64,000 nucleotides of DNA from Octopus vulgaris (GCA_951406725.2 OX597826.1:31372001-31436000); one strand, 5' to 3'; shown: positions 48,905-63,131, numbered from the stretch's first letter. A program made the numbers and translations. Notes: generated by a model not told the origin, from the sequence alone.

Positions 48905-49362
48905 GCACGTGTTATCACACAAGATGGCGTTCGAGACGTTTTGTGAGGTCGAACCACTGACTGCGAGATTCCTGTCTTCACTGGCAACTTGCCTAGCAGA
49001 GGTAACTGGAGAAGCTCGTGAGGGCGCTTGGTTGTTCCAGCGTATCAGCCTTGCCATCACCCGTGGCAACGCTGCAAGCGTGCTGGCGTGCCACAATAGG
49101 CACTAGAGAGGTTTCCCAGCGCCCCAACTTTTCAACCTAAGGTGTTGAATTGTTTTTTTTACTTTTTCTTGTATGTTTACCGTTTTATAATTTTTTCAGT
49201 TGTGTTCTCTGTTTCGTTAATTTTTCTGAAAAAAAATTTTTTTTTTTTTTCTAATTCATGCATTTGTTATAGAGTCTAATTACAAGACTGTTCTTTTACC
49301 ATGTCTTATTGCAAACCGCATTCATAAAGTTCAATAATGTACTCTTAAAAAAAAAAAAAAAA
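48905..49362 (+). mobile_element. CRE-like non-LTR retrotransposon 3' end
   Basis: AFETF...LAEVTGEAREGAWLFQRISLAITRGNAASVL, T-rich 3'UTR, A-tract ending at about 49362. Confidence 0.7.
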
Positions 49363-50074
49363 ATTCAAAACTGATGGGAGATAACTCCCATAAATATTTG
49401 TGTGTAGTTGTGCAGTTATGTTTCTTGCGCGCACCGTGAGACTTCAAACAACAATGAAGGGATGCGAAGCAACGATTGAGTCAAGGCCTTAACTAGAATG
49501 ATTGCGAAGTGAAAATTATTACTTCTAATCATTATATTGAGGGCTTGTAGTGTGGTGATACATTTCCCAAGAACTGGATCTGAAATTCAGCTTTAGTTTA
49601 AACCCTCAGTCCCAAATATTTAATGAATTTGATACGCTTCTCGTCTTTTTTCGCTTGTAAAATAGGATGAGGATATTTTTTCGTAAATATATATATCAAT
49701 ATATAGACATATATAAACGTATATACACATAGATTCCTTATGAAATACATCAGTGTTGCAACTTCCGATTTTTTTCCGCACGTATAAAGTAGTAAATATC
49801 AATTTATACGAATATAAAAACAAATATTTATTTACATTTCCCCCACAAAAAAAAACAAACAAACAAAAAAATCCCCCAAAACAATGGATATGAAACAATG
49901 AATGTTACAGTTTCCTATTTTTCTTAAAATTAATAACAAATTTACATATCTGTTTATCTACATATCAAATTTACATATCTGTTTATATATATATATATAT
50001 ATATCTGTAAAAAAAAACAACATTTATTTATAATTTCTTTTCAAAGGATATTTAAAACGAAAGGATAATAGAAG

Positions 50075-50470
50075 ATGCATTTCGACGACGTATTAAGAAA
50101 ACTTGGGCAGTTCGGACGATATCAGAAGCTGCAGTTTCTTCTCATCTGCTTCCCAGTAATGATATCATCATGGGTTCTCTTCAGTATGGTTTTCGTGATC
50201 ACCGATCAGCAATTCTACTGCCATGTCCCACCATCCAACGACACGTTTTCATTAAATCGTAACATAAGCCACAGATCTTACGCCCGGATGGTCACTAAGA
50301 CAAGTAATAAATGCAGCCAATACCTGCCGTCCGATGTGGACCAATATCTCAAGGACCACGACTACAATATATCCGACAAAATGTTAGCCAACGCAAATCT
50401 CAGTACTATCGATTGCAGCTATGGGTACATCTATGAAGATCCAAATCCACGAGATACAGTAATTACAGAG
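50075..50470 (+). CDS. SLC22 family organic cation/carnitine transporter (Orct-like), coding exon 1
   Basis: MHFDDVLRKLGQFGRYQK N-terminal SLC22 motif, TM1 and Cys-containing extracellular loop ending TVITE. GTAAAC donor, in-frame stops upstream of the ATG, likely acceptor at 50046. Confidence 0.93.
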
Positions 50471-51465
50471 GTAAACTATGTATATATTTCTATGTGTGTT
50501 TACGTATATATACAGTGGAGGCACAATGGCCCAGTGGTTATGGCATCGGACCGGCGGTCGTAGGATCGCGATTTCGATTCCCAGACCGGGCGTTGTGAGT
50601 GTTTATTGACGAAAACACGTAAACCTTTCTGTTCTTTCACCACAACTTTCTGTCACTCTTTCTTCCTGTTTCTGTGTCACACTGAAGGGTACGTTAAGAC
50701 TATGCTTGTCTCTGGAGTGCTCAGCCACTTGCATGTTAATTTCACGAGCAGACTGTTCCGTTGATCTGATCAACTGGAACCCTCGTCATCGCAACCGACC
50801 GAGTGTCACATATAAACAAAGATATCTATGGTTCTTTTCCTGCTCGATTATTTTTGTTTGTTTGTCCCAGTTGAGGTTTCACTACTGTTCATGTATGTGT
50901 GTGTGCAATGGTTTTTGGGTTTCGTTTTGTGTTATTTAGTATTTTATATAAGTGCACGATTTATCTTCCACGACTTAGTTTTTTTTTTTATTACGTGCGA
51001 GTGGTTAAGAAGTTCGCTTCGTAACCTCTCGGTCCCAAGGTTGATCCTATCAAGCGGCCTAGTGTTTTAATAATTGTTTACGGTTTTATATAAAGAAAAA
51101 AAATAAAGGATCAGGCGTGGCTGTGGGGTAAGTTCCTTTCCGGGTTCAGCCCCATTGCGTGGGACCTTGGGCGAGTGTCTCTTAATATAGTCCCGAGCCG
51201 ATCAAAGCCTTGTGAATGGATTTGATAGACAGAAACTGAAAGAAGGCCGTTCTGTGTGTATGTGTGTGTGTGAGACCGCTTGACGACCGGTGTTGATGTG
51301 TTTACGTTCCCGTAATGTAGCAGTTCGGCAAAACTGACGATGGAATAAATCCCAGGCTTTAAAAATAATAAAGTACTGGGGTCGATTCTTTCGAGGCAGT
51401 GCTTCAGCATGGCAACACTGTATTGATTGAAACAAGTAAACGATAGAAGATATTTTGAGGTTTTC

Positions 51466-51604
51466 ACGTTCCGAGTTCAAATTCCGCCGAGGCCGTCTTT
51501 ACCTTTCATCCTTTCGGGGTCGATAAATTAAGTACCAGTTGCGTACTGGGGTCTATCTAATCGACTGGCCCCCTCCCCCAAAATTTCGGGCCTTGTGCCT
51601 AGAG
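51466..51604 (+). mobile_element. 5'-truncated Nin-like SINE with a long TSD
   Basis: 22-bp TSD TAGAA(G/A)ATATTTTGAGGTTTTC at 51444-51465 and 51605-51626. Confidence 0.8.
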
Positions 51605-51951
51605 TAGAAAATATTTTGAGGTTTTCGATCACACTGGAGACATCTCAGTGTAATTAGATGTAAACAAAGCAGGGACTTCGCTGTACATTCCAGAATAATG
51701 ACATAGATTTACTAAATAACTGTTGATAACTAGATTACTAAATAGATAACTAAATAACTGTTATTTATAAATAACTGTTGTAGAAGATTGCATACAGATG
51801 ACCAATGTCTTGGGAATGAAATTTGGTTGATCGAAAGTACGTGGAAGCCCCGTGTATATGAACGAATGAATGAATAAATGAATTTGTGTGCGTGTGCGTA
51901 CGTCCGTCCGTCCATTGTTGTCTTACATGAGAACATTAATATATATATATA

Positions 51952-52348
51952 CTAGCAGTATCGCCCGGCGTTGCTCGGGTTTGTAAGGGAAATAACTATA
52001 TAAGCATTTTTAGAGAGTTATAGCCAAAAAGTAGCAAAAAAATGCATTAAAAATGGAAAAAAATGATGGTAAATTTTTTTAAAAATCGTTGATTCATCGT
52101 AGACATTTTTAGAGAGTTACTTCCCTTATATAATAGCGAAAAAAATGCATTAAAATGGAAAAAAAATGATGGTAAATTTTTTAAAATCGTAGACTCATCG
52201 TAGACGCGCGCTAATACCCAGAAGGGCTCGATATGAATCACGACTATAAGATACCCGGTTTTGGTTAAACTGCACCGCAAAATGTGGGAGTAGTTAGGAA
52301 TCTAAATCGTAGGAGACAGACACACAACCTTACTTTTATATATAAAGA
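51952..52348 (-). mobile_element. Non-autonomous Helitron
   Basis: A|TCTTTATATATAAAAGT start, hairpin and CTAG|T end on the minus strand. Confidence 0.85.
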
Positions 52349-52517
52349 TATATCTATATATATAATTACTGTTTTATAACATATTTTATAAACAATAAAA
52401 TATGATATTTTAGAATTATTCAAATTACATTGGATACAATAAACAACGACTTAAGGTACAAACGACACGACAATGTTTGCGAAAACTCTAAAGAATCGTG
52501 TTTTATTGTTTATGAAA

Positions 52518-52907
52518 TCTTTATATATAAAAGTGAAGTTGTGTGTCTGTCTACTCCGATTTAGATTCCTAACTACTCCCACATTTTGCGGTGCAGTTTA
52601 ACCAAAACCGGGTATCTTATAGTCATGATTCATATCGAGCTCTTCTGGGTATTAGCGCGCATCTACGATGAGTCTACGATTTAAAAAAAAATACCATCAT
52701 TTTTTCCATTTTAATGCATTTTTCGCTATTATATAAGGGAAGTAACTCTCTAAAAATGTCTACGATGAGTCAACGATTTAAAAAAATTTACCATCATTTT
52801 TTTTCCATTTTTAATGCATTTTTTGCTATTTTTGGCTATAACTCTCTAAAAATGCTTATATAGTTATTTCCCTTACAAACCCGAGCAACGCCGGGCGATA
52901 CTGCTAG
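52518..52907 (+). mobile_element. Non-autonomous Helitron, inverted twin of 51952-52348
   Basis: A|TC...CCCGAGCAACGCCGGG...CTAG|T. Confidence 0.85.
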
Positions 52908-55756
52908 TATGCTATAAAACAGTGATTAAGTCATTTTATCTTAGTAATTACGTTCTCCCTCATTTGCTCATAAAGTATTATTTGCATTACACATGTAGAA
53001 TGTCTGCAAAAGTTTTAGGATGTGCTGTTTTATGACTTGAAAGATCTACCATAAAACGGTAAATAACTCAATTTAATAAATCTTTGAAGTAATTTATGTA
53101 AAATGATAATTAATTTGTAAACTGTGTGAAGAAGAAAGTAGCATATCGTTTCTTTGTGGTTCCTTTTGGATTGTGCCTGAGGTTGTTGCTTACATAAGTA
53201 AATATAGAATAAACCAATAAAGTGGTCTCTTTCCTTTATATTTTAAGCTCTCTTTTTACTATTTATTCTTTATTTCTTTTTTTTGTTTTTATTAAAGTTC
53301 CTTATCTTACTTTTTCTTTCTTAAGCTGTTTCTTTTTCTCGGCGTTTCTCTACCTCAGGATTTAGAGGAAATATTTAGCAATAAATAATAAAAGACCAAC
53401 TGTTTTCTGGGCAGTTATCTTGACTGCAACCCAAGCACATGATAATTGTGACAATATAAGAAATTATTGTGAGTCTTTGAACAGAAATCTGATAACCTTA
53501 TTGCCTCAATCAGCTTTAACACACATCTTTAAGGATTGCTCTTTATTGACAAGGCAGCTGGTGGCACAATTGGTAAAGCATTGCATAAAGTATCTTGTGA
53601 GATTTGATAATGTTTGCATTCTGAGTTCAAATCCTTCAGATTTATTTTTGCCTTTCACCCTGCCAAGGTCAGTAAAATGAGCCTCAATCAAGTGCTGTTA
53701 TTGATATAATCAACACTAGGTGATTAATATCTACTGGTATTGATTGTGTCAATAACCAATAAATCGATATAATCACATGGTGTTGATATGAATGAAGCCA
53801 ATAAGATCGTTAAAAAAATTGATATTAGTCCTTTCGTGACTATATTTTTGCAAAAATACACTGTCCCATGTGTTTCAGTTAAATTTTAAATTGATCAAAA
53901 AATTAGGAGAGATTTAGTGAAATCGAATGACTTTGTTATTATTAAAATAGTTGCTGAACAAAATGGTTCTTATATAAGATTATGATCAAAAGTTAAAATT
54001 TAAACATGAATGCTAAAATGACAATTTTGTATCGTACAACCTAGTTTGTTTCTATTGGGCTGATCATCATCATCATCATCATCAACATTGTTTAATGTTT
54101 GTTTTTCATGCTGGCATGACTTGGATGGTTTGACAAGAGCTGGCAAGGCTGGAGAGCTGTTACAGGCTCTAACTGTCTGTTTTGACACGGTTGCTATGGT
54201 TGGATGCCCTTCCTAATCCCAACCACTTTACAGAGTGTACTGAGTGCTCTTTATTTGGCACCAGAATGGGTGCTTGAGATAGTAACGATTTATCCTTTGT
54301 TTTATTGATGAGTTGTTCAGTATGTGACCATTGTATGCTGTCACACAAGGTCTACATCTGAGTGTTGGATACAACAAAACAACTTAACCGTGCTATGAAC
54401 ACATTCACCATTACATCACCATCATCATCATTTAACATCTTCTTTCAATTACAACCATGTCTAAGTGTAATGTGATGGCAATTGAACTCTCACTGATTCT
54501 CTCCACAAAACTACAATATAAATACCATAATGCAGTGATATGGCAGATTTAATAAAGCATTAGATAGAATGCCTTGTGGTATTTAATGCAAATCCCTGCT
54601 TTCTGAGTTCAAATTCTGTCAAGACTGATAAAGAATCAATCCAAGATGGTGGATTGATGGAACTGTAAGAATTTCAGACCAGGTACCTTGGTACCTTGTG
54701 ATGTTTGTCTCAGCTCTTTGCATTCTGAGGCCACTTCTTACCATGATCACCATTACCTAGTTTAACACCTTCACTGGGTACATTGAATGATTACAGTTAA
54801 GTTCACCGCCATCAATTCACTGTGAAGAAAGTTCACCACGAGGAAAGTTTACTGAGAAAATATGTTATAGTATCTCACCATTAATAATTAAAAACTTCTT
54901 CCTTTCCATTAGTCTTGGAGGCCCTGTAAAGGTCATGGCACTGCCTTCTCTCCTGACTAAAAAATATAACAAAGAGGAGGCACAGTTCACTACAATAAAT
55001 AGCAATAATACTGTAAATGTGACGACTATGTCATTAGATTGTAGTTGTGGATAGACCCAAATGTTTTAACCCTTCAACATTCAGACTATTCTGTCAAATG
55101 TAATGCTTTTTTATTCACGGCACGTGAAGAAACATTCAAGCGAGTTTGTTGCCAGTGCTGCTGGACTGGCTCCTGTGCAGGTGGCATGTAAAAAACACCA
55201 TTTGAGCATGGCCGTTGCCAGTACCACCTAACTGGCCCTCGTGCCGGTGGCATGTAAAAGCACCCACTACACGCCTGGAGTGGTTGGCGTTAGGAAGGGC
55301 ATCCAGCAGTAAAAACACTGCTAGATCAGACTGGAGCCTGGTGCAGCCATCTGGTTCACCAGTCCTCAGTCAAATCATCCAACCTATGCTAGCATGGAAA
55401 GCGGACGTTAAACGATGATGATGATGATGATGATTCATTTTAATTTGTCATGCATTATCATGTAGTTATGAGATTTTGATGAGTTAACTGTTAATTTTTG
55501 GAATGATATTGTAGGGTTGATGAGAGAGGCCAGATATGGCCAGTTTGGACATAAAACAGGCAGAATGCTTGGACCTGATATGGTCAGTTTAAATGCAAAA
55601 AAGTTAAATGAACAACAGGAAACAACAAACAAACAAAAAAAAACCTGGAATTCTTAGTTTTCTAAGAAAATGAAATCCCTAATTAAGAGCTGACAGTAAG
55701 TATTTTTTTCTCTCATTTTTTTTTTCTATAAAATTTTTTTTTACCTATTTTTACAG

Positions 55757-55860
55757 TTCAATTTGGTTTGTGATAAAAGGAAGTTTGTCAGTAATATTAA
55801 AGCAGTCTTTTTGGGTGGCCGGATCTTTGGTTGTGGTCTCTTTGGCCAGCTTTCTGACAG
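55757..55860 (+). CDS. SLC22 transporter coding exon 2
   Basis: 104 bp, AG/GT bounded. FNLVCD...GCGLFGQLSDR. Confidence 0.93.
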
Positions 55861-55901
55861 GTAACTCATTATTTTATTTGAAATATATATATATGTATGT
55901 G

Positions 55902-55941
<40 letters not shown>

Positions 55942-57060
55942 TGTGTGTGTGTGTGTGTGTGAGTGTGTGTGTACATACAGGTACAGGTACAGGTGTGGCC
56001 ATGTGGTTAAAAGTTTGCTTCCCAACCATGAGGTTTCAGGTTCAGTCCTGTGGCGTAACATCTTGGCCAAGTATCTTCTATTATAGCCCCAGTTTGAGCA
56101 AAGCCTTATGAGTGGATTTGCTTCATGGAAACTGAAAAACAGCCTGTTGTGTGTGTGTGTATGTGCATATACACACACTCATATATATATATAGACCCAT
56201 CTCTAACTGTGGAGCTAATGTGTGGAAGAGGTTGACCTAGGAAGATGTAGGACAAGATCGTGTAGTATGGTCTTTGGTTGTTGAGTCTCATGGAGGTGAT
56301 GACAAGTGACCAAGACCTTTGGTGATTTGCTGTGCTTGAGTAAACATGTCAAGCTAAGTGAAATCGCAGCTATGACCAGTGCTTGTAACATGTAAAGGGC
56401 ACCCATGTTGGTGCCACTTAAAAGGCACATGTGCTGCTGACCTGTAAAATAGATGTAAAATTACGCTCTATGGAGTGGTTGACATTAGGAAGGGCATCCA
56501 GCTGTAGAAACCAAACCAAGACAGACTGGGGCCTGGTGCAACTCTCTGGCTTGCCAGTTCCAGTCAAACCATTTAAACCATGCTTGCTTGGAGAGTGGAT
56601 GCTAAATGATGATGATGATGATGATGATATAGTATGTGTGTGTGTGTTTGTGCCTCCTTGTCGGTCAGCACAATAGCAGTGGCTAGGAAGGCCTACCCAT
56701 TGAGAGATGGGTAGAATATGTTCATAAATCTTCTCTTTGGCTTTATGTTCATACCATTTGTGTTACATTTTTAGCCTTCATTAGATATCTGGTGTATGTT
56801 CCATGAAAGCAATCTTGAAGCAGCTCTTTCGTGGTTTAGGTTTCAACTAGGAAGTTCTCTACACATGCCCTGAAGACAAGTTAATCAACCATTTCTACTT
56901 CCTCTACAAAATTTGACCTTGAAATCAATTTAGGCCTTTTTAACTAACAAGAAAAATCAGTCTTGAAACAATAAATTTTTCTTTTAGAAGTTTTTCTTTT
57001 TCCGTTTCTTTCTTCATTTCTTTTTCTCTGATATTCTATTCCCTCTTTCTTTTTTTGCAG

Positions 57061-57215
57061 ATTTGGACGTAGATTTGGATTTTTCATGTCCCTCTTCTGT
57101 GTTCTGGTCACCGGTTGCTTAGTGTCCTTATCAAACAATGTATGGATGTTCATTGTATTATATTTCCTCCAAGGTGTCTCTCAAGCTGGCATCTATGCCT
57201 GTGGATTCATCATAG
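57061..57215 (+). CDS. SLC22 transporter coding exon 3
   Basis: 155 bp. FGRR completes the MFS motif G-x-LSDRFGRR, continuing ...YFLQGVSQAGIYACGFII. Confidence 0.93.
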
Positions 57216-59989
57216 GTAGGTTCTAACTTTCTCTATCCTTACTGCTTCTATAAATATGTCATGCAATGTCACATATGTGTCTTGTAAATATCTCCCTAGC
57301 TCTGAAGAGGCTTTTAATGATGGTACTAAATCCTGGCTTTCTGGTGCCAAGCATATAAGAAACACATTTCTTCCTTTATTCCTTTATCATTCAGATTAAT
57401 CTGACAAGTATAATACTCATTCATTTACATTGTTTTGAATTAATCCCATATTATCTCATAGCTTTGAGATTTCATTGATGTGAATGTAAATTTTAAAAAT
57501 GACATTGTAGGTGTAGAGACCAGATCTAATCAGTTTGAACATAAAATGAGTAGAATATTTGGGCAGTATATATATACACACACACACACTCAGGCCTATT
57601 CCCCTTTTTTTAGGAGTGGGTAGCCACAGCAAGACACACACCATGCATTCCATTCATTTCCCAGCTCAAAGAGGCGAGCCCTGTCCTATGCTCGGGTCGA
57701 GGCATAGAATGCAACCCTCAATATCAGCAGCGGGGCCCGATGGCATATGCTGGTTCTACCCCTGCTGCCTCATGATGGTTCCGTACTCTTTTGAGCAACA
57801 TCAATTCACTCATCCATCTACAAAAACTCTCCAAGCTTTCCTATCATTAATAAACTCTCTTGTCTCTCTCACTCCAACACCTCTAAGCACCAAAGTTGGC
57901 AGGATATGGCCAGTTTAAATGCAAAGGGTCATCATTCTATCCTTTATAAGGTAGCATTTGTAGATAATTTGTTGCTTGTTCCAGATTCCTTGAAGTGAGG
58001 CATATAGAATTAAGCATACTAGCTAAATACACATACACTGAATGCTTACAGTAGTTTTGAGCTTAACTTTGGAATGGTCATGGATGGAATAGCTTTAATT
58101 ATAAAAATCAAGACTGATTTAGGTCTAAGTAGCAACAACAACAGCAACAACAACAGCCAGTGGAGGCGCACTGGCCAAGTGGTTAGGGCAGCGGACTCGC
58201 AGTCATAAGAATGGTTTCGATTCCCAGACCAGGCATTGTGAATGTTTATTAAGCAAAAACACCTAAGCTCCACGAGACTCTGGTAGGGGGAGGTGGTGAA
58301 CCCCGCTGTACTCTTTCACCACAACTTTCTCTCACTGTTTCTTCCTACTTCTGCCACAAAGCAGAGGAACCATGGTGTAACCCACTATGGTGTGGTAAAC
58401 TTTCAGACCCTAGGCTACATTGCAAATCCTCTGTACCCCAGGATGGTTCAGCTCTCCACATGTTAAAAGCCACTGTTTACAGAATGAGGATAACAACGTA
58501 GTTTTCAAGCCTGTGCAACTGCCAGTCTATCGAGTGTGGTGGGTGGATCTTCAAGTTGCTGCACGCATTCTTAGTAGCTTAGAGTAGGCTCAAATTAGAG
58601 ATTATTCTTTGTGGCTAATGGTGTGAGTCCTGACTGAAAGAAGAAGACAACAACAGCCATACTTTTGATATAACCTTACTCAAGTTCTTTCATTCCAAAG
58701 GTTTATAGTCATGATGTTATTAAGCTGACCTATTCCTCAGCTGTGGTTCCTGGAGGAGAGCTGCTCCTCTAGACATATGTCACACAGGTCCACTGGTGTG
58801 TGGACATGCCCTGGTGTCACATGACCCAATTCCTTTGCCATAGAGTTAAATGGGCCCTGTATTTCCAGGATAAGATTGGGAGAGAAGGAAACTAACAGAG
58901 TAAGCTGTTAAAGATAAAAAAATGACAGAAGGCAACTAAGAACATCCACCATTTCTTCCTCAAATCAAGAATCTTCAGACTTTGGTATGATGGTCTATGA
59001 TTGCTGATGCCATTTGGCATGGCACATGAAGAGAGAGAGAGAGAAAAAGATTCCTCAGTTACTATCATACCATTTTAAAATACACTGAAACAATCATAGT
59101 ATTTCACACTAAAACCGTCTACTGTTCCTCATCTCCAAGACAGTTCCATATCACTGCCACAGTCACACAGAAACATACAAAAACCACCTAATACCACAGC
59201 CATAGTAGCAATGAAGGAACCTCTATGCAGCCACTCAAACTGCTAGAAATAGCAACCAAAGATCCTTCAAATCACAAGGACATATTGGACAGTTTATTCC
59301 TAGGCCTTTTCAAGATCACTGCTGGAATGCTTTGATCATTGGACCATTCTTTCAGGGTTGACTCAGGGCTAATCAACAATAATATATGACAGACATACTT
59401 CACTGTACCAAATTTTGCTCTACTATCAACTCACTTTATCATTACTATAATGGATTCTCTCTCTCTCTTGCTGATTTTAACAAGTGTGTGTGTGTGTGTG
59501 TGTGTGTGCAGTTGTTTCATCAACTGGACAGCCTACACATTGAATTAGCATGAATATGGTTGAGTATTCCATAGACTCTGAGTAGCAAGGATGGATCTTT
59601 GTATTAAAGACATAGCCCATTTAACAGGCTTCTACACAGTTTCCATCTACTTAGATTCATTCACTAAGCTTTAGGTTGATCCAAGGCTGTGATAAAGGCA
59701 CTTACCAATGTTACCATGCAGTGGGATTGAACTGAAGACCACATGATTGTGTAGCAAACTTCTTAGCCACTCAACCAAGCCTGCATCACCATACAATATC
59801 ATGCTCCATTGGAGTGTAACATAGTTCATCAGAGCATAGACTTATTTTCCCAAATTTTGGCCACCCAACATCATTCTAACAACACCGTAATCCCACCATT
59901 CCATACCACTAGACACCACCACTAGACATATATCATAGCATAGTGTACAACTACCACAGCACCATCATAAATTTACCATTTCACCAGCA

Positions 59990-60310
59990 GCAGCACTACC
60001 ACCACTACTGCCACCACCATCACCACTACCACCGCTGCCACCACCACCGCCGCCGCCGACACCACCACCACTGCTACTATTACCACTGCCACCACTAGAG
60101 CCACTACCACCACCACTGCCACCACTTCCACTTCCACCATCACCACCGCCGCTACCACCACCACCACCACTGCCACCACCACCACTTCCACTGCCACCAC
60201 CACCACCACCACCACCACCACCACCACCACCATCACCACCACCACTGCCACCACCACTTCCACTGCCACCTCACCACCATTAACATCACCACCACCACCA
60301 CCACCACCGC
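59990..60310. repeat. Imperfect (ACC)n tract; a similar tract lies at 62875-63070
   Basis: Directly visible. Both tracts lie just upstream of SLC22 acceptors. Confidence 0.9.
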
Positions 60311-60350
60311 CCTCAATATTAACACCTTTCATGTCTCTCTCTTTCTACAG

Positions 60351-60519
60351 TAATGGAAATTATCGGACCGAAGTACCGAATGATGTTTGGTTTCATTCTT
60401 CACTGTGTGTTCAGCGTTGCAGCCATACTTTTAGCTGCTCTCAGCTATTTTGTACGCGACTGGCACCATCTGGTTTTGATCATCAGTTTGATCTGCCTCC
60501 TCTTCGTACCATACTGGTG
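60351..60519 (+). CDS. SLC22 transporter coding exon 4
   Basis: CAG acceptor, GTAAGG donor. MEIIGPKYR...YFVRDWHHL...PYWW. Confidence 0.92.
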
Positions 60520-60944
60520 GTAAGGTTTACAGCATATTACATTGTAACCGAGTTAGTTCATGATACCTTACTGACCATCAGTCTGTCTGTCTGTCTATAG
60601 TTTAAACCTGTGACTTTGTCAGTCTGTCAGATGTTTGTCTCTCTGTCTGTGACTGTCTATCTCTGTCAGTTTGTCTGTCCAACTGTGATTGTCTGTCAGT
60701 CTGTCTGCCTGCCTATCTGTGTAACAGTCTGTTTGACAGTCTGTCTGACTGCTTGTCTGTCTGTCTGTCTGTCTATTTGTCTGTTTGCCTGTCTGTCAGC
60801 CTGCCTGTCTATGTATATCAGTTTCTTTGTCAGCCTGTCTAACTGGTTGTCTCTCAATTTGTCTGTCTGCCTGCCTGTCTGTCAGTTTGTCTGCCTGTCT
60901 AATTGTGATTGTTTGTCAGTCTCTCAGTCTGTCTATCACTATCA

Positions 60945-61288
60945 CAGTGGTTCCCAAACTTATTCGGGTTGCCACACCCTTGACACCCAGGTCACATTCC
61001 TAGTGCCCCCACCCCAACTAACCACCTCAAACATGGGGCTCTTTCCAAAGCAAACTCAAATTAACTGTATTTCACATTATTTTGTTTTTACATGAATTAC
61101 CACCCCACATTTTTACATGAATCGCTACCCCATTATCGCCCCACTTACATGAATTGCCAACCCATTATCACCCCACTTTCTACATGAATCACTACCCTGT
61201 TATTGCCACATTTTTCTTCAACACCTCTTTGGAACTTTCTACCACCTCTAGTGGGTGGGGGCAAAACTGCCCACTTTGGGAACCACTG
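60945..61288. mobile_element. hAT (Charlie-like) MITE
   Basis: CAGTGGTTCCCAAA / TTTGGGAACCACTG, TSD-like nnCTATCA. Confidence 0.8.
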
Positions 61289-61641
61289 ATCTATCACTCT
61301 GCCTGCCTGCTTGTTTACCTGTGGCTAGTCAAGTGCTGAAGTTGATGCAATCAACTTACCCTCTCCCCTAAAATTGCTGGCCTTGTGCCAAAATTTGAAA
61401 CCCTTATGAAATAGATTGATGAATTTGCTTGGAGATGCTTCATTAATTAAGACTTACATATTTCTCAATACATTTGCATTTGTGTTCTGAGTTGTAGGCA
61501 ATTAAACTGTACAATATGCCATTCATTTTTTTCTACCTTATTCCATACCTTTTTCTGTTTAATATAAATTTCCTAATCTCAAATTCCGTTGAATAATGGA
61601 TTAACCTAAGTATTTTGAGTATTTTGAACATTTTTATTTAG

Positions 61642-61863
61642 GTTTCTTCCTGAATCTGTCCGTTGGTTGATGACCAGAAAAAAATTCCTCCAGGTTAACC
61701 GAATAATGAAGCGGATTGCTAAATTAAACAAATGTGCCCTTCCAGAAGAGTTCATGACCAAAATAAAGGAATCTGATGTTGGAAGCACCAAAACATATAC
61801 CATTGTTCATCTCATAAATACATGGACCATGTGCAAGACTTCACTGAATATTTGGTTTGCTTG
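61642..61863 (+). CDS. SLC22 transporter coding exon 5
   Basis: FLPESVRWL (PESPRWL-type motif), RIAKLN, ...NIWFAW. GTGAGT donor. Confidence 0.92.
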
Positions 61864-62183
61864 GTGAGTAGAAAACTTGGCAGAATGTTGGGGTCTTCTT
61901 TATTAATTTTTGTTTTATTTGACCGATTTTTTTTTTTGGTTTACCTTAAAACTTAATCTCAGTTTGGAAAAAAGGTTAAACAAAGGTATGTGCATGGTTA
62001 TGTGTGGTTAAGAAGTTTGCTTCCAAGCCACCTGGTTTTGGGTTCCGTTCCATTGTGAGGCACCTTGGGCAAATGTCTTCTACTACAGCCCTGGGCTGAC
62101 CAACGTCTTGCAAATGGATTTGGTAGACAAAAGCTAAAGAAGCTTGTTGGGTGTATATGTGTGTGTGTGTGTATATGTATGTA

Positions 62184-62229
<46 letters not shown>

Positions 62230-62387
62230 GGTTGGCATTAGGGAAGGGCATCCAACCATAAAAACCATGGCAAAATGGACATTGGAGCTTCGTGCAGTCC
62301 TCTGGCTTGCCAGCTCCTGTCAAACTCATGCCAGCATAGCAGATGGACATTAAATGATGATGATGGTGATATATATATGATGGTGTG

Positions 62388-62425
<38 letters not shown>

Positions 62426-62437
62426 ATATGATGATGA

Positions 62438-62485
<48 letters not shown>

Positions 62486-62537
62486 TATATCAAATGTCTA
62501 TCTATCAATATAATATATCTGTCTATCTGTATATCTA

Positions 62538-62574
<37 letters not shown>

Positions 62575-63131
62575 ATGTGTGTGCAAATGTATTTTGTGCA
62601 GGTGAATTTGTATTACTCCACCTCCTGATGTATGTTTGCTGATTGTAAACAAATGGCTCATTCAGAAGGTGTCATTTGTTTCCAGTTCTTCACATAGTCA
62701 TGTCTGGGCTGTTCATTGCTTGAAAAACTGGGGCATTATTGCCTTGCTTGGAAACGGGGATTATTGCCTTGCTTGATATCATGAAGGGCATCAAGCTATG
62801 GAAGATTCTGTTCCAATGTAGTGCAAGTCTTGGATCTAAGACCAACTCAATCAGAGCCAACCTGAGATTCATGACCACCACCACAACTGCCATGACCACC
62901 ACAATGAAAATGATGATGGCTATGAGGACAATGACCACCACTGCCACCACCACCGCCACCACCATCACCACCACCACCACCACCACCACCACCACCACCA
63001 CCAGAATTTCCATGACAAAGATGACGACGACAATGAGAACAACTGTGATGATGACCACCACTGCCACCAACAACATAGCATACCATTTTTTAAATAAATA
63101 ATACAATTTACTCTATTTTCTTTTTTTCCAG

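Noticed and set aside
57296-57365. CTGAAGA-GGC...GCC hammerhead-like motif
   Set aside because: There is no GAAA after stem II and no stem III.
59973-63106. Poly-V, poly-T, poly-YI and poly-H ORFs here and elsewhere in the ORF track
   Set aside because: They are translations of microsatellites or SINE bodies, or antisense shadows of real exons (e.g. 1176-1520).
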